64,000 nt of DNA, taken from assembly GCA_048213135.1 (NCBI GenBank), contig PS015045.1, forward strand, positions 37,279 through 101,278, in the 5' to 3' direction. The notes beneath the pieces were generated by a model. It worked only from the letters and a program-made list of their open reading frames with translations, did no database searches and was not told the DNA's origin. The position numbers and the translations under genes were made by a program. Each line of letters begins with the position of its first letter. Within the stretch, counting starts at the first letter, position 1. This document shows, piece after piece, positions 25,412 to 39,085 of this stretch. Source of the stretch: Reclinomonas americana ATCC 50394. Taxonomy: Eukaryota.

Positions 25412-26139
25412 GCGATCGCAGAGTGACGCGCAACTGGCAGTGGGCTCATTCGTGGGCGCCGCAGACCGTGCCATGAAACCAGTGGGTCCGCCAGCCACTC
25501 CGGCGGCAAGAGGACGCACGGGCGGTCGGCGTGCCGTCATTGTGGTGCGCTTGGTGGACACGGAGTTGCGTAGCAGCTTCAGCACGCTCTATGTCGTGGA
25601 GAGGGGTGGTAAATACATCGAAGAGAGAGGGGGGAAGGGAGAAAAAGCAGAACATCCATGCGCACCTCGGATTCCACGCGCGATGCTGGTGGACGACCAT
25701 CGCCCACCACCAGCGATGACACCAGACGATGAATGGCCAGTGTGTCGTCGTCGGCGTGTGACATGGGCGACTTGGGTGTGACGGAATCGTTGGCGGGATC
25801 CTCCGCGTTGAGGCGCTCGCGTTTCAAGATGCCGACGTGAGGACCGTCGATGCGGCGCAGAGTGTTGTGTGCGCCCACCAGCAGTCGCCGCTCGACAATC
25901 GTCGTCTTGTTGACGGTGTCGAAGAAGGCGCCTGGCGAGAGGCGAGAGAAGGGGGGAGAAGGGGGGAGAAGGGCGAAGAGCAAGGGGGAGAAGGAGGGAG
26001 AAAGAGGGAGAAGGGGGGAGAACGGGGAGAACGGGGAGAAGGAGGAGAAGGAGGGAGAGAAAGAGGAAGAAAGAGAGAAGGAAGGAAGAAAGAAAGAGAG
26101 AAAGAAGAAACAAAGAAAGAGAGAAAGAAGAAACAAAGA

Positions 26140-26182
<43 letters not shown>

Positions 26183-26253
26183 GAGAGAGACGACGACGAC
26201 GACGACGACGTACGACGACGACGACGACGACGANNNNNNNNNNNNNNNNNNNN

Positions 26254-26322
<69 letters not shown>

Positions 26323-28123
26323 AGAGACACAAATACTAGAATGTAATAACGAGAGAGAGAGAGAGAGAAGTTAGACACAATTGTGGAGTGCTTGTCTTCC
26401 CTCTTTCACGATCCACTCACCATGATGGCGCTTTCGGAACTCGTCAAGACGTGCCAAGAATTCCCGCTCAAACGATCGCTCCATGGCCACACGCATGGAC
26501 GAAATCGAAATGTTGGCCAGTGGCGCGAGGCTGCAAAAGCCAACAGATGTCAGTTTTGAGGGAGACGAGTGATCATGCAAGGAAACACAGCAGAACCTTC
26601 CACGATAGAAATCCGTTAGGGCCACACGAGCGGACCTACGGACTTGGTCAACACCAAGATAGCCACCAAGAGTGACGACAGCAAAAAAGAACTCAACGAC
26701 AGGAACACGGTGCCAAAGCCGGGAATGTAAGACTCCAGCCCTTGAGGCTCCAGCGGTCGCCACAGATTGTACGTGTGCCACAGTCCCGGATGCTCCGACA
26801 AGCGATACTCGATGGTGGCGTTCAGCGGAGGCAGCACGCGGTCGGCACCATCTTGTGTGGCCGAATGACGCGATGTCGGCGCCATGATGCTCGGCTGATT
26901 GGCCGTCGACGACGTGTCGACTCGCTCACGGAACAAGAACAGGCAACGTGGAGTGCCTTGCACGAGCGCTGCGCGGTGATCCTTGGTTTCGGGGGCCACC
27001 GGCTACAGATCGAAGAGTGAGACGAGAGCACAAATTCGTGCGCACACCATTGGCGCTCACCTCACGATTGTCGCCTCGCGACTGGCCCTCCATGGTCACG
27101 GGCAGGCCACGAATCACCGTGAAACCCAGTGAGAATGACTGCGCCACGGCGCCGCCCACATGCACGCACACCGAGGCCACCATTTCCACCACAATGTTGA
27201 GTGGGCGAGCGGCGTTGTAGAGGGTTGGGATGCGAATGTAGACGGGCATGTCGAACCTGCAACAAGGAGAAGGAGGTGAGTAAAGGGAGAAGGGGGAGAA
27301 AGGTTCTCACTTCTCTCTCGCTTCTTCCTCCCCTTCTCTCCTCTCCGCAACTCCAACATATCAATCGACTCGGGCGCCGGCATCGCACTCGCCGGCGCAT
27401 CGATCCTCCGCGCATAACTAAACGCCGTCGTTCCCGCCGGCTGTGACGTGTACGTCCGCCCCACAAACGCCTGCGCCAGCACATCGAACAAGTGCACTCG
27501 ATACGACACCGTCACGTCGGCGTCATCGCTCACGCGCAGCACCTTTTCCAACGCATCCTGCGATCGATCGACGGATGAGTGAGAAAGGCGACACCCTCTG
27601 TGCCCCATACGAGCCCACTCACCAACACCTGCGTCGGCAACCGCAAGCCGACCACCCGATCGATCAGCAGCACCGCCACCACATCATCATGTCCCTCCAT
27701 CAGCTCCTCCTCCTCATCCGACGGAAGCTCCTCATCGCCTTCGCCTAAACCCCGCGCAGGCACACTCGCACCGCCTTCGTCGTCCTGCTCTGCGCGACGC
27801 AGGATCGATGCCGCGGCCGCCGCCTGCTTCTTTCGCGCCTGCATGGTGGCAGTTACCGATCGCGCGACGGTTGGATGGTGCAGGTGTTGCACGTGTCCGT
27901 TGATCGGGTCGATGAGAGGCGCAGTGGGCACAGGCGCGTACGAGGAGAGCTGGAGGCGCGCCCATTGCATCCAGCGACGCACGACGCGAGAGGCGCGCTG
28001 TTCGGGTTGTGTGGAGGCGTCGAGAACGCGACGGGAGAGCGGTGTGGTGATGGTGTTGGGTGGTGGGGGTTGTGGGGGGGACATGGGCACTGTCAGGGGT
28101 GCAGGGCCGTCGCGGCCCTCCAT
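17945..28123 (-). CDS. NPHP4: Nephrocystin-4 (ciliary transition-zone protein), multi-exon
   Basis: Diagnostic motifs occur in order: LFD...FVGRT, LVQGTPRCLF, IVERRLLVGAHN, VHFSVRFFWFP, FLKYMMCRTIVIDVWDSDTQTVIG, GKLHLRLACIG, GYAVFYEYTLQNP, VHPGETLQLPFVF, VYVFVNDEDGRTEQC. ATG 28123, stop 17945. Confidence 0.9.
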
Positions 28124-29007
28124 GTTTGAGCACGCGCAGAGGTGTGGGGGAGAGAGGGGAGTTTCGTTCGCGCCAATTTCGGTGCTCGCGGCAACGGTCA
28201 GTCGCGCGACGTTGAATGATCATGAGTGAAAGGGGGAGAGCGGAGGAGAATGGTGGGGGAGTTGATGTGGAGTGGTGTGGGGAGGAAGAGCTGCGTGAAT
28301 TCGTGAGGAATGGATGGCCTCGACGTCGACGTTTGTTCGAAATCAGTTTCCTCTCTCATTGAGGAGCAACATGATGATCGGACAAGTCGAGCCCTCTGCA
28401 CGTAACCATGCAAGCATCAGTCTTGACGGTGGCGAGTTTTTCTGCGCTTTTCGGACCCGGCTTCGAGCAACTGCATGCGCAAGTCGATCGCGAGAACTGC
28501 GCAAGCGATGATCCGCGTTGCATAGCAAATCTCTCGCCAGTGCGTGTTACCTGCCATTCAACTTTGTAGTTGTGCTTGTCGCAATGCACGAGTCAAACGA
28601 TCCGGAGACTTCTGCGGATCCACTTGTCTGTCATTCCTGCATCCGAATTTGAATTCGAGAGGAGACCACGGTAATCAGAGCAGCTGTAGCTGTTGTGCAC
28701 GCATGAATTACCTGTAACAAACAAACGGTGACGCCTGCGTTCGTGACGCAGTTGCCGATCGATATCATTCGTGAATCGCGAATTCGAATTGCTTGCTATG
28801 GCGTGCCGGACCTCATTCGAGCTTGACTCATCGCCAAGCAGTATGCATGCCTTGCAGCTGCGAGCTGGGAGATCCACAGAAAGCTGTCCAGAAAAATGCC
28901 TTCCAAAATCGGCATTTCACTCCGACGCATTGGACACACGCACACACACGCACTCCGAGTGAGAGACACGTGAGCGCGTGGAGGGCATCTCTTGTCACCA
29001 AGAGAGA

Positions 29008-32000
29008 ATGTCCGTCGCCTCCTCTCCGCTCAGCATCAACGTTGACGAGAGCAGCGAACACAGCGGCCTGCTCCTTCAGCAAACACGCAGCAGCGCACAA
29101 TATGGAGCAGTCGACAATGACGATGACGACGCACTGCTTTCTCCCGCCGAGGCGACCCGTGTGGCCGTCTACACAAGGCGATGGTGGGTGGTGTTTGTGT
29201 ACTCGGGCATTGCCTTCTTGCAAGGTACAAGCACGTGCATTGATGATGAAATGAGATGATCATTTGTCTCACGCTTTTTTGTGGTGAAAAAGGGTGGTTT
29301 TGGGCGGTGCCAGGCACGATTGCCGTCAACATGCAGACTCTGTATGGCTATGGCGCCAACATGACTCAGCTGCTGGTCAACCTTGGTGCGCGCAGGCAGA
29401 GTCCACAGAGAGCACACTTTTCCCTGCGCTCACTTGCACGCACTTGCGTTCAGTTTTCCATACGCTTGTCCACGCTTTCCCGACTTTCACTCCCTCCACA
29501 CACACTTGCACACTCTTCTACGCCCTTTTACATACCTTTTCCACTCACTGCGACACATGTCCATGCATTTTTACACTCTTCCGCACACTTGCACACACTC
29601 TTTTACATAATGCCACTCACTTTCACGCACTTTCACACACTTGCACACTCTTCCCCACACTGCCATACACTTTCATGCACTTTCGCACACCTCCACACTC
29701 TTCCACAGACTTTTGCACACTTTTCTACACCTTTTCACCTTTCGCATACACTTCCAAACACTTCTACACACTTTCACACACTTTCCCACCCCTTTCCAAC
29801 CGTCTACACACTTTACCACCTTTCGCACACTTGCAACACCTTTCTATTACACACCTGCACACACTTCCATGAGCCTCACACCCTTCCGCCTTTTCACGCC
29901 CTTCCAAACACTTCCACTTCCACACTTCAACACTCTTTCCCACGCTTCCGCTCATTTTGTCTTGCCTTCCTACAGGCCCCATCTACTTCCTACCCACGGC
30001 AGTGCCTCTCGGACTATGGATGGACCGGCCTGGTGGCATTCGACAAGCGGTGATCTTTGGCTACGTGTGTGTGGTGGGCGGGGCGCTCATTCGGTGCTTT
30101 GCGAAGGACGACTCGACGACGGCACTGGTGCTGCTCATCATTAGCTTCTCGTTGAATTCGGTGGCGGGACCCGTGGCCATGGGAGCGCCGTCGAAGATCA
30201 GTGAGTCGTGGTTTCCGGTGCATGAACGAACCACAGCCACGGCCATCATGGCTGGTGAGTGAGAGAGCGAGTGCGAGAGAGACGAGGAAGTATTGACTCA
30301 TGCGAGGAAATGCGCAGAGGCCAACTCGTTTGGACTGGCGGCGGCGTTCATCGTTGGCCCGCTGATTGTGACCTCGGTGGATATGTCGCAGATGGTGCGC
30401 GCATACGTGTGTGCGTGCCGGTGTTGGTTTTGGTGATTGCTTATTTGGCGGTGGTGTGTTAGTTGCTCTTCAACTATGTTTGTTTGGCGATTGCGGTGCC
30501 ATTCGCCGCCGCGTCAATCATCTACTTCCCCTCGTTGCCGCCGCTGCCGCCGACACCGTCGGCGTCGAAGAGCAGCTTGTTGGAGAAGCGCCTCACGCTG
30601 CGTGTGTTTTGGGAGGATCTGAAGGCGCTGTCGCGGAACAAGTCGTTTTGGATTATCAGCTTGTCGTTGCGTGTGTGTGCGAAGTGCATGCGTGTGCGTT
30701 GCTGGAGGAGACACGCACTCACATTTGTGTACACCTGTAGATACGGCGTCACAACAGGTGCGAAGTCTACGGATGGTGCAGGTTGAGTGTGCAGACTGAG
30801 GAAGCTGTTCTGCGTGCGCAGGTGTCTATGGCGCGTGGGGCACGATCTTGGATCTGAATCTCGGCAATCTGGGGTACAATCAGGTGCGGAGGTGGAAGAG
30901 AGTGAGAGAGGGAGCACGAGAGAGAGGAAAATGGAGAGCACCGCCATGAAGGTGTCGGCGAGGAAGTGTCACGACACTCTCCTCTTCTCTTGTATGAGTA
31001 CACAAAGTGCAATAGAGAGAGAGAGGAAACGGGAGAGCATCAGCATGAGGAAGTTGATGAGGAGCAAGAAACCACTTGGTCGTTTCTCGCCACTCTCTTC
31101 TTCTCGAGCATGCAGACATTAGAAGCAAGAAAGGGGGAGAGAGAGAAAAGGAAGCGCATCAAGATGAGAGGAAGTGCCTTACCGCTCTCTTCTTCTCGAG
31201 CATGCAGATAGTTGGAGCAAGTGTGTGTATGAGAGAGAGAGAGAGAGAGAGAGGAAACGAGAGCACCAGCATGAGGGAGCGAGTCGGCGAGGAAGTGTCG
31301 CGGCACTCTCCGACGCAGACACGAAAGAGAGAGAGAGAGGTATGGAGGTGAGTGACGAAATACGAGCGCTTGCAGGAGGGAGTCGATGGAGAACAAGAGC
31401 CACCTTGAAGTGACTCGTCAAGCTCCTCTTCTCGCGCTTGCTGGCATGAAGAGCAAAAAAGAGAGGGAGAGAGGAACGAAGGGGGGAGAAAGATTGAGCA
31501 CCAGCATGAGGGAGTCAGTGTGGAACAAGAAACCACTATTTGAAGTGTCGTGCCACTCCAGTGCTCTCCTCTTCTCGTGCACAGAGAGAGCGAGAGAGAG
31601 CTCGCCGCCACATCGCACTCTCCCCTCACTTCCCCCCGCAGACTGTCGCCGGGTGGGTCGGCTTCTCCGGCACCGTCGCCGGCAACATCGGCGGTATCTT
31701 CTTTGCTCGGCTGGCCGATCGGTACAGCAACCACAGGCGAGTGCTCATCTTCTTGCTGGTGGTCTCCACGGTGTCCTTTGTTGGATTCGCCCTCGTCCCG
31801 CTGCTTCCTGCGTCGTGGGTACCGCGCGGTGGCGCCGCTGGCGAGGCGCTGTTCTTTGTGTTCGCCACCATTGGCGGACTCGTCCTCAACTCCACCATTC
31901 CGTTGAGCTACGAAATCGGTGTGGAGGTCACCTATCCGCGACCAGAGGCCACTGTGGTGCGTCGATGATGCAGGAGTAGAGGGCTGACAGGAGGGGTGTC

Positions 32001-32373
32001 TTACCTGTGCACACAGGTCACGATTTTGGCAATGTGGAACAATGTCGGTGCGCTGATTTTCCTCGGTGTGCCGATCGACCAGCTGGGAACTGCATGGCTC
32101 AACTGGTGTGTGTGTCTTTGTGTTTGCATTGCTCCTCATTTTGTGTGCTCACGTGATATCGGCAGGTTCATGGCGGCGTGCTGTTTGTTGCGGAAAGCAC
32201 TTGCTTTGGAGCACGCATGGATAATGGTGATTTGACGTGGTTGGTTGCACAGGTTCGGCACGGTGCTCATCATCTTCTTCCTGGACAACAAGAAACTGCG
32301 TCTCGAGTACGACGAGACGCACAAGGCCGTCATGGCGTCGCCCACGTCAGGGAAACTTACGCTGCGGTTGTAA
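29008..32373 (+). CDS. MFS transporter, SLC49 (FLVCR/DIRC2-like) family, multi-exon
   Basis: VYTRRWWVVFVYSGIAFLQG at TM1, PSKISESWFPVHERTTATAI, YEIGVEVTYP.PE, and multiple hydrophobic segments; ends LRLEYDE...LTLRL TAA 32371-32373. Confidence 0.85.
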
Positions 32374-32705
32374 AAATGTAGTTTGTCGATAGAGATGTGA
32401 TATGATTTGCAGGCCAAGATCAATTTTCGTGCAGCGCACGCGACCTCTGGAGCCGTGTGCAGGCGTGTGGCAAGTGCTGCCGTACATGCACGGCCAGCCT
32501 CACAAGACAGAGAAGTCGACGCAGACGTCGACGTCACAGATCGAGATAAAGAAGAAATTCGAAGGTTCAAGAGAACTTGCACTCATTAGGAGGAGGTAGA
32601 GGGTGTAGAGAGGAGAGAGAAGAGAGCATGAAGCAAAGGAATAGAAGAACGACAAGCTTGGCATGTCCTTCACGCAGTCCTGTGTATTTGTCTCTTGCAG
32701 CAGGA

Positions 32706-32876
32706 ATGAGTGGCGCCGAGGTCAACATGTGGGTCTCTCAGCGACCACCCTTCCCGCTCTCCATGTACCCCATGCTGGCGCTCATTCTGATCACACTGGG
32801 ATTGCTGTCGGCGAGCTGGTTCAGTCTGTTGCGTGACATGTGTGACACGCACACTCACTCACACAGACACACGTGC

Positions 32877-32908
<32 letters not shown>

Positions 32909-34285
32909 CGTGTGTGTGTGAGAGAGAGTGTGTGTGTGCGTGCATGTGACGATTCTCCGTGTCCAATTGATGCATTTCATCATTGTTGGTCTTCTCACTC
33001 ACCTCCTTCCTCTTCGCTCTTCTTGTTCTTCTTGTTCTCCTCCTTTGNNNNNNNNNNNNNNNNNNNNCTCTCTTCTTCTTCTTCTTCTTCTTCTCTTCTT
33101 CTTCTTCTTCTTCTTCCTCATCTTGTTCTCCTCCTCCTCCTTTGCATTCTCCTCATCCTCCATTTTGTTCTTCTCGGTCTTTCCTTTCTTCTCCTCCTCC
33201 TTGTTCTTCTTCTTCTTGTTGTTCCCCTCCTTGTTCTCCTCCATTGCCGTCTCCTTCCTGCTGCTCTTCTTCTTCTCCTCGTTCTTCTCATTCTCATCCT
33301 TCTCCTCTTCGCTCTCATCTTCCATTATGTTGTTCTCGATCTTTCTCATCGTTCTTCTCCTCATCTTCTTCTTGTTGTTCCCCTCCTTGTTCTCGTCTCC
33401 TTCCTGCTTCTCTTCTTCTTCTCTCCTCTTTCTTCTCATTCTCATCCTTTTCCTCTTTTCGCTTTCTTCCTCCATTTTGTTGTTCTCGGTCTTTCCTTTC
33501 TTCTTCTCCTCATTGTTCTTTGTCTTCTTCTTGCTCCCCTCCTTGTTCTCCTCCACCGCCGTCTCCTTAGTGTTGTTCGTCTCCTCCTCGTTCTTCTCAT
33601 TCTCATCCTTCTCCTTTTTCGCTCTCATCCTCCATTTTGTTGCTCTCGGTCTTTCTCATTCTTCTCTTCCTCCTTGTTCTTTGTCTTCTTCTTGTTCTCC
33701 TCCACCGCCGTCTCCTTCCTGCTGCTCTTCTTCTGCTTCTTCTCGTTCTTCTCATTCTCATCCTTCTTCTCTTTTTGCTCCAATCTGTGTCATCCATTGT
33801 TCATCGTTCTTCCTGATTCTCGTTCTTCTCCTCCTCGTCCTTCTTTCTCCTTCTCATTCTTCTGTTTGTTCACCCCCTTTTTCGTGTTGTTGTTCTTCTT
33901 CTTCTCCACCTCCTCGTTCCTCTTCATCTTTGTCTCATTCTCAGCCTCTCTCTTGCGGTTTCTTCTTCTAGCTCTCATCCTCGCCCTCTTTGTTCTTCTT
34001 ATTCTTCTCCTTTCCTTTTCCTTCTTCTCGTCTTCTGCTCCTCGTCCTCTTCCGGCTTCTTCTCCTCCTCTCCCTTGTTCTTCTTCTTCTTCTTCCCTTT
34101 TCCTCCTTATTTTTGTCGCTCACCTCTTCTCCCTCTCTTCCTCTTTTCGCTTGTGCAGCTACGAGATCAACACCAAGAAGGAGAACCGCAACGTCGTCAA
34201 GGAGGTCTTCATCGCTGTGCTGTCGTCGGTGCTGCTCGGCTCGGGCGTACTCTTTGTGCTCTTGGCCTGTGGATTATTCGTATGA
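32706..34285 (+). CDS. TMEM258: Oligosaccharyltransferase subunit OST5/TMEM258, two exons
   Basis: Exon 1 MSGAEVNMWVSQRPPFPLSMYPMLALILITLGLLSASWFS; exon 2 YEINTKKENRNVVKEVFIAVLSSVLLGSGVLFVLLACGLFV*. This matches the two-TM TMEM258 pattern (YE...RN..KE....S..LG.G.LF.LL..G..V). Confidence 0.85.
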
Positions 34286-34354
34286 TGGCGGTAGCAGCGA
34301 GACGAGAGAAGAGAGACAGAGCGAGGGATGTTTTTGTAAGAGACATATATTTGT

Positions 34355-37300
34355 TCATACAAAGATGACCTCGCATGCCATCTCCGGGAACGATCCTTGC
34401 TGCTGCATGAGGGTGACTTTTGACACAGTGGACTCCAGCTTGGCTTGTCGTTCGGCAATCTGCATGCACGCACATAGAGAGAAGAGAGCGGATGAATGGC
34501 AGGAAATAGAAAAGGTGATAAGACGAGAGATGACCGAAGCAGGTGGTCGATACCGAAGACATAGAAGACAGCAAAAAAAGTGCTCAACTGGAGAACAAAC
34601 AGCACTGGCAAGAAAGCAGAGAGAGAGCGGGCGACAGAGCGCACATCTCACTGCCCCACGCACACATACGCGACAGAAACAACGAGAAAGACGTCAGCTG
34701 GCGCGCTTCCCTTACCCCCCTCCCCCCCTCCCCTTCCCCCTAATTCCCCCCTCCTCTCTCACCTGCTTCTCCACCATGCTCAGCTGCTCCTCCACCATCC
34801 TAATCGACGTCTGCGCGGCATGCGACAACTGATACTCCTCCAACTGCAGACGATGCTTGTGCGCCTGAATATTGGCCAGTTGCAACAGGCGCCGGTCCTC
34901 ACTCAACTCCTCCAGCAGCTTGAGTTTGGCCTTGCCGTCCTCCAGCACCTGCACATTATCGTGAGATACACACGCACTTGTCAAAGAAGCTCAGCTGCCA
35001 AGTTTCTCACCTTGTGCAATCTCTCCACCATGGCGTGCCAATCGCCCGTCGGCACCTGCTCGGCCACATTGCGCGTCCGCTCCAGCCAATGCCGCACAGC
35101 TGGCACGCACGTACGCAGCACCTGAGCCTCCGCCTGGTACACCAGCAACGCATGAGAAACCATCACGCACAGCGCTCTCACTCGCCAATCGCCCCGCCTC
35201 TCACCTTGCACCACTCCGTGGCCGCCGCATCCATGATCGTCTTCTCGTTGCGCAGCGCCTCCGCCATCTGTCGGAACACGGCATGGGCGGCCTTTTGCGC
35301 CGTCATAATCTTGTCTTGGTGCTTCGAGACCCACTCGCACGCCTCTGCCACGGCCTTGGCAATGGCGTCGTCCGACACGGGCGGTGCAGNNNNNNNNNNN
35401 NNNNNNNNNAGCAGTGGCAGCATCGTCGAGTAATCGAGGCGGTACGAGGACGACGAGGAGCCGACGGGTGCCTGCATGGACCGCAATCGATTTTTTTGTG
35501 AGAATTCAACAAACGCCAGTGTTCATGACTGAACAAACACACTCACCCACGGCTGCTCGAGGTTGCTCAACACAACGGTGCTCTCACCGCGGAGGCGAAC
35601 GAACTCCTTAAACACGTCGAGTTCGTGTTGTATTCTCCGCAGCAGCTGCTCCCGTGACTGAAGATCGACAATGATGCGAGTGAGTGGATAATAAAAGAGA
35701 GAATGCAAGGATATTGACACTCATAAACAACACATTCTCAAGCTCTAGCATGAACACACAAAGAATTGAAGCATGATTTCTGTCACCTGACATCTTTCGC
35801 TCTCCTCTTGCTTTCTCACCTCCATTCTCTTCAAATGTTCTCACCCTCTCATACACCCAAAAACCGTGCAAGCTCGCGAATCCCAACTATCCTCTGCATT
35901 CTGTTGTCCTCCTCCCTAAATCTCCACTTCAGTCACTCACCCTCATCACAACTATTCTCACTCTCTCACACACACCCATAAACCGTGCGTGCTCGCGCTC
36001 AACCCAGTCTCCTCTGCATTCTGCTTTCCTCACCCCCAGTCTCATCTTCATTCACACTCGCTCGCACACGCGCGCACTGAAATGAACACATTCTGTTCAC
36101 TTCAAATTCCAACTCTGCGTGCCCACCATACTGTCTGTTCTTTCGCCCTTGTCTCGCAATATATGTGAATGCTCGACGCGATGAATTCACAGTATCCTCG
36201 TGCGTGAGCCAAGGTAACGAGCCAACACTTCCCTCTCTTCTCTCTCTCTCTCTCTTTCTCTCTCACTTCTTCTTCTCACACACACAGTGCAGACTTGTGC
36301 GTACAGCCAACACTTCCCTCTCCTCTCTCTCTCGCCCACCTCCCTCTCTCTCTCTCTCTTCTTCTCACACACACAGTGCAGACTTGTGCGTATGTGTGTC
36401 TGTCTATCAGTCGACCTGCCTGTTCCTCTCCACGCTGCCTTTTCTCCAATCCTCACCCTTCGTCTCTCCTCTTCATTCGCTTTCGCCTCTCCCGTACATC
36501 TTCCCTTCTCTCTCACCCTCTCCCACTCAAATCATACTTCTCTAACCTTTTCGCGACACACAATCCTTGCACACTCACTCATTACCTATCTATTCGCCAT
36601 GCTCTCTCTCAGCATCCTCATGTCTTTTGTCATCCTTTCATGTCTTTCCTCTCTCTTCTCTTTCCCTCCCTCTCCTTTTCCTCCCTCCTTCTCCTATTCC
36701 CTCTCTTCTCCTCTTTTCCCCCTAACCCACCTTATCCCTCTCCGCCACCAGCGAATTGAGGGTGGCCCTCGCATCTAGATTCGAGCGATCGCCCAGCACC
36801 TTGGCCACCTGCTGCACCACCACATTCTCCAACTCCGCCGTGCTCGCCACCAGCTGCGCCACGCCGTGCACGTCAACCTGCGGCGGCAGGCCCGTAATGT
36901 CTTCGGCGACCTCGCACAAGACACCCACCGCCGTGGTGCGACAGTAGGGTAGCCGTGAGGCGAGCGTCGCGCGCAGATCCGACAGCAACGCGTGCAGCGA
37001 TCGATCGGCAAACACCACGCGCGGCAACACACCCTGCAGCGGCTGCGGCGTGGGCGATGGTGACGGCGCNNNNNNNNNNNNNNNNNNNNTGAACTCGCGG
37101 CGGCAGCGGCAGCAGCTGCAGCACTCTTGGAGGACGACGACGACGACGGCGGCGGCGCAGCACCCAACGGCAGCGACAGTCGCGCCGCCGTGTCACTGGA
37201 CATGGCACGTGGCGCGGCCGCCGTCGTCGGCGTGGGAGACGATTTGACACTCGGTGGCGAGCCACCAGGAGTGCCATCGCCGTTGAAACGCGCCGCTCGT

Positions 37301-38270
37301 TTCTTCTTGGCCTCCAACTCGGCGAGGGTCTCCGTATCCAGCGTCATTGACGATCCCGTTAGGTTTTGCCTGCATGCGAGAATGAGTGATAAAGAGAGAG
37401 ATACGAGAGGTAGGAGGAGGTGATGACATCACTCACCGGCGTGCTTTCTTCAACTCCTTCAGGCAATTGTCGAGACGACGCACCAATCCGGTCGCCAGCT
37501 TGCCATTGGAGCGCTCTTTCGTCAACGCCGGACGCCAGTGTGAAAACCACGCGTGCATGTACTCCACGCGAGTGGCGCTCTCCTCCGCGTTGTTGCCGTG
37601 GTGGAACGAGCAACGACGCTGGTTGTGCGATCGGTGCGTTCGGCACTTGGTCTCCATCCACAGCACGGGGTGGAAGAGCAGTTCGGAGACCGAGTGAGCG
37701 AAGATGCAGGTCGGGGAGCACTGAGGGACCGAGGGTCCGCCGGGCATGCGCTTGGCGTATGACTGGGGGGTGGGAAAGGGTGAATAGGGGGGAAAGGGGG
37801 AAGGGGGAAGGGGGGAAAGAGGAAGAGGGGAAGAGAGAGCAACGGACAATTGAAACACATACTGCTTGCGTGCGTGTGTGCAACAAGGGACGCAGTGAGT
37901 GAGACTTACGAGGGGGGACTGGAGAGGAGACAAACGACAACAACATAAAGTAAGAGTGCGAAAACAATCGTGCAATCTCAATACACAGTCGCATGCACTC
38001 CCCAACCGGCACGCACCTGTCGGCAAGCCTGTGGCAGGTAGAACACTTGCATGGGGTTCCGTCGCTTCTCGAACGGCATGTGTGCATGCAAGCACAGAGG
38101 GTCCACACATTTGCGACGAGGGCAGTCCACGCCGCCGAGCACGCATAGTTCGTCGGTGTTGAGCACTAATGGGGGAGAAGAAGAAGGGAAAGGGTTAGGT
38201 CGAAGGGGAGGAGAGGGGGGCGAGAGAGAAGGGGGAAAGGGAGGGAAGGGAGAGAAGGAGGAAAGGGAGA

Positions 38271-38324
<54 letters not shown>

Positions 38325-39047
38325 AGAAGAGAGAGAGAGAGACGAGACGACGAAGAACGAAACGAAGAACGAACAAAGTAAGACGAACAAACGAAGAAGA
38401 GAGAGAGAGAGAGAGAGAAGAAGAGGAGAAGAAGAGAGAGGAGAGAGAAGAACAAGACGAGACGACACGACGACGACNNNNNNNNNNNNNNNNNNNNNNN
38501 NNNNNNNNNNNNNNNNNNNNNNNNNNNNNNNNNNNNNNNNNNNNNNNNNNNNNNNNNNNNNNNNNNNNNNNNNNNNNNNNNNNNNNNNNNNNNNNNNNNN
38601 NNNNNNNNNNNNNNNNNNNNNNNNNNNNNNNNNNNNNNNNNNNNNNNNNNNNNNNNNNNNNNNNNNNNNNNNNNNNNNNNNNNNNNNNNNNNNNNNNNNN
38701 NNNNNNNNNNNNNNNNNNNNNNNNNNNNNNNNNNNNNNNNNNNNNNNNNNNNNNNNNNNNNNNNNNNNNNNNNNNNNNNNNNNNNNNNNNNNNNNNNNNN
38801 NNNNNNNNNNNNNNNNNNNNNNNNNNNNNNNNNNNNNNNNNNNNNNNNNNNNNNNNNNNNNNNNNNNNNNNNNNNNNNNNNNNNNNNNNNNNNNNNNNNN
38901 NNNNNNNNNNNNNNNNNNNNNNNNNNNNNNNNNNNNNNNNNNNNNNNNNNNNNNNNNNNNNNNNNNNNNNNNNNNNNNNNNNNNNNNNNNNNNNNNNNNN
39001 NNNNNNNNNNNNNNNNNNNNNNNNNNNNNNNNNNNNNNNNNNNNNNN

Positions 39048-39085
<38 letters not shown>

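Noticed and set aside
32873-34160. Long hydrophobic Leu/Phe/Ser ORFs and antisense Lys/Glu/Arg ORFs
   Set aside because: They are translations of CT-rich low-complexity intron sequence inside TMEM258. The same applies to 16560-17140, 23869-25509, 56709-57440 and 58002-58530.
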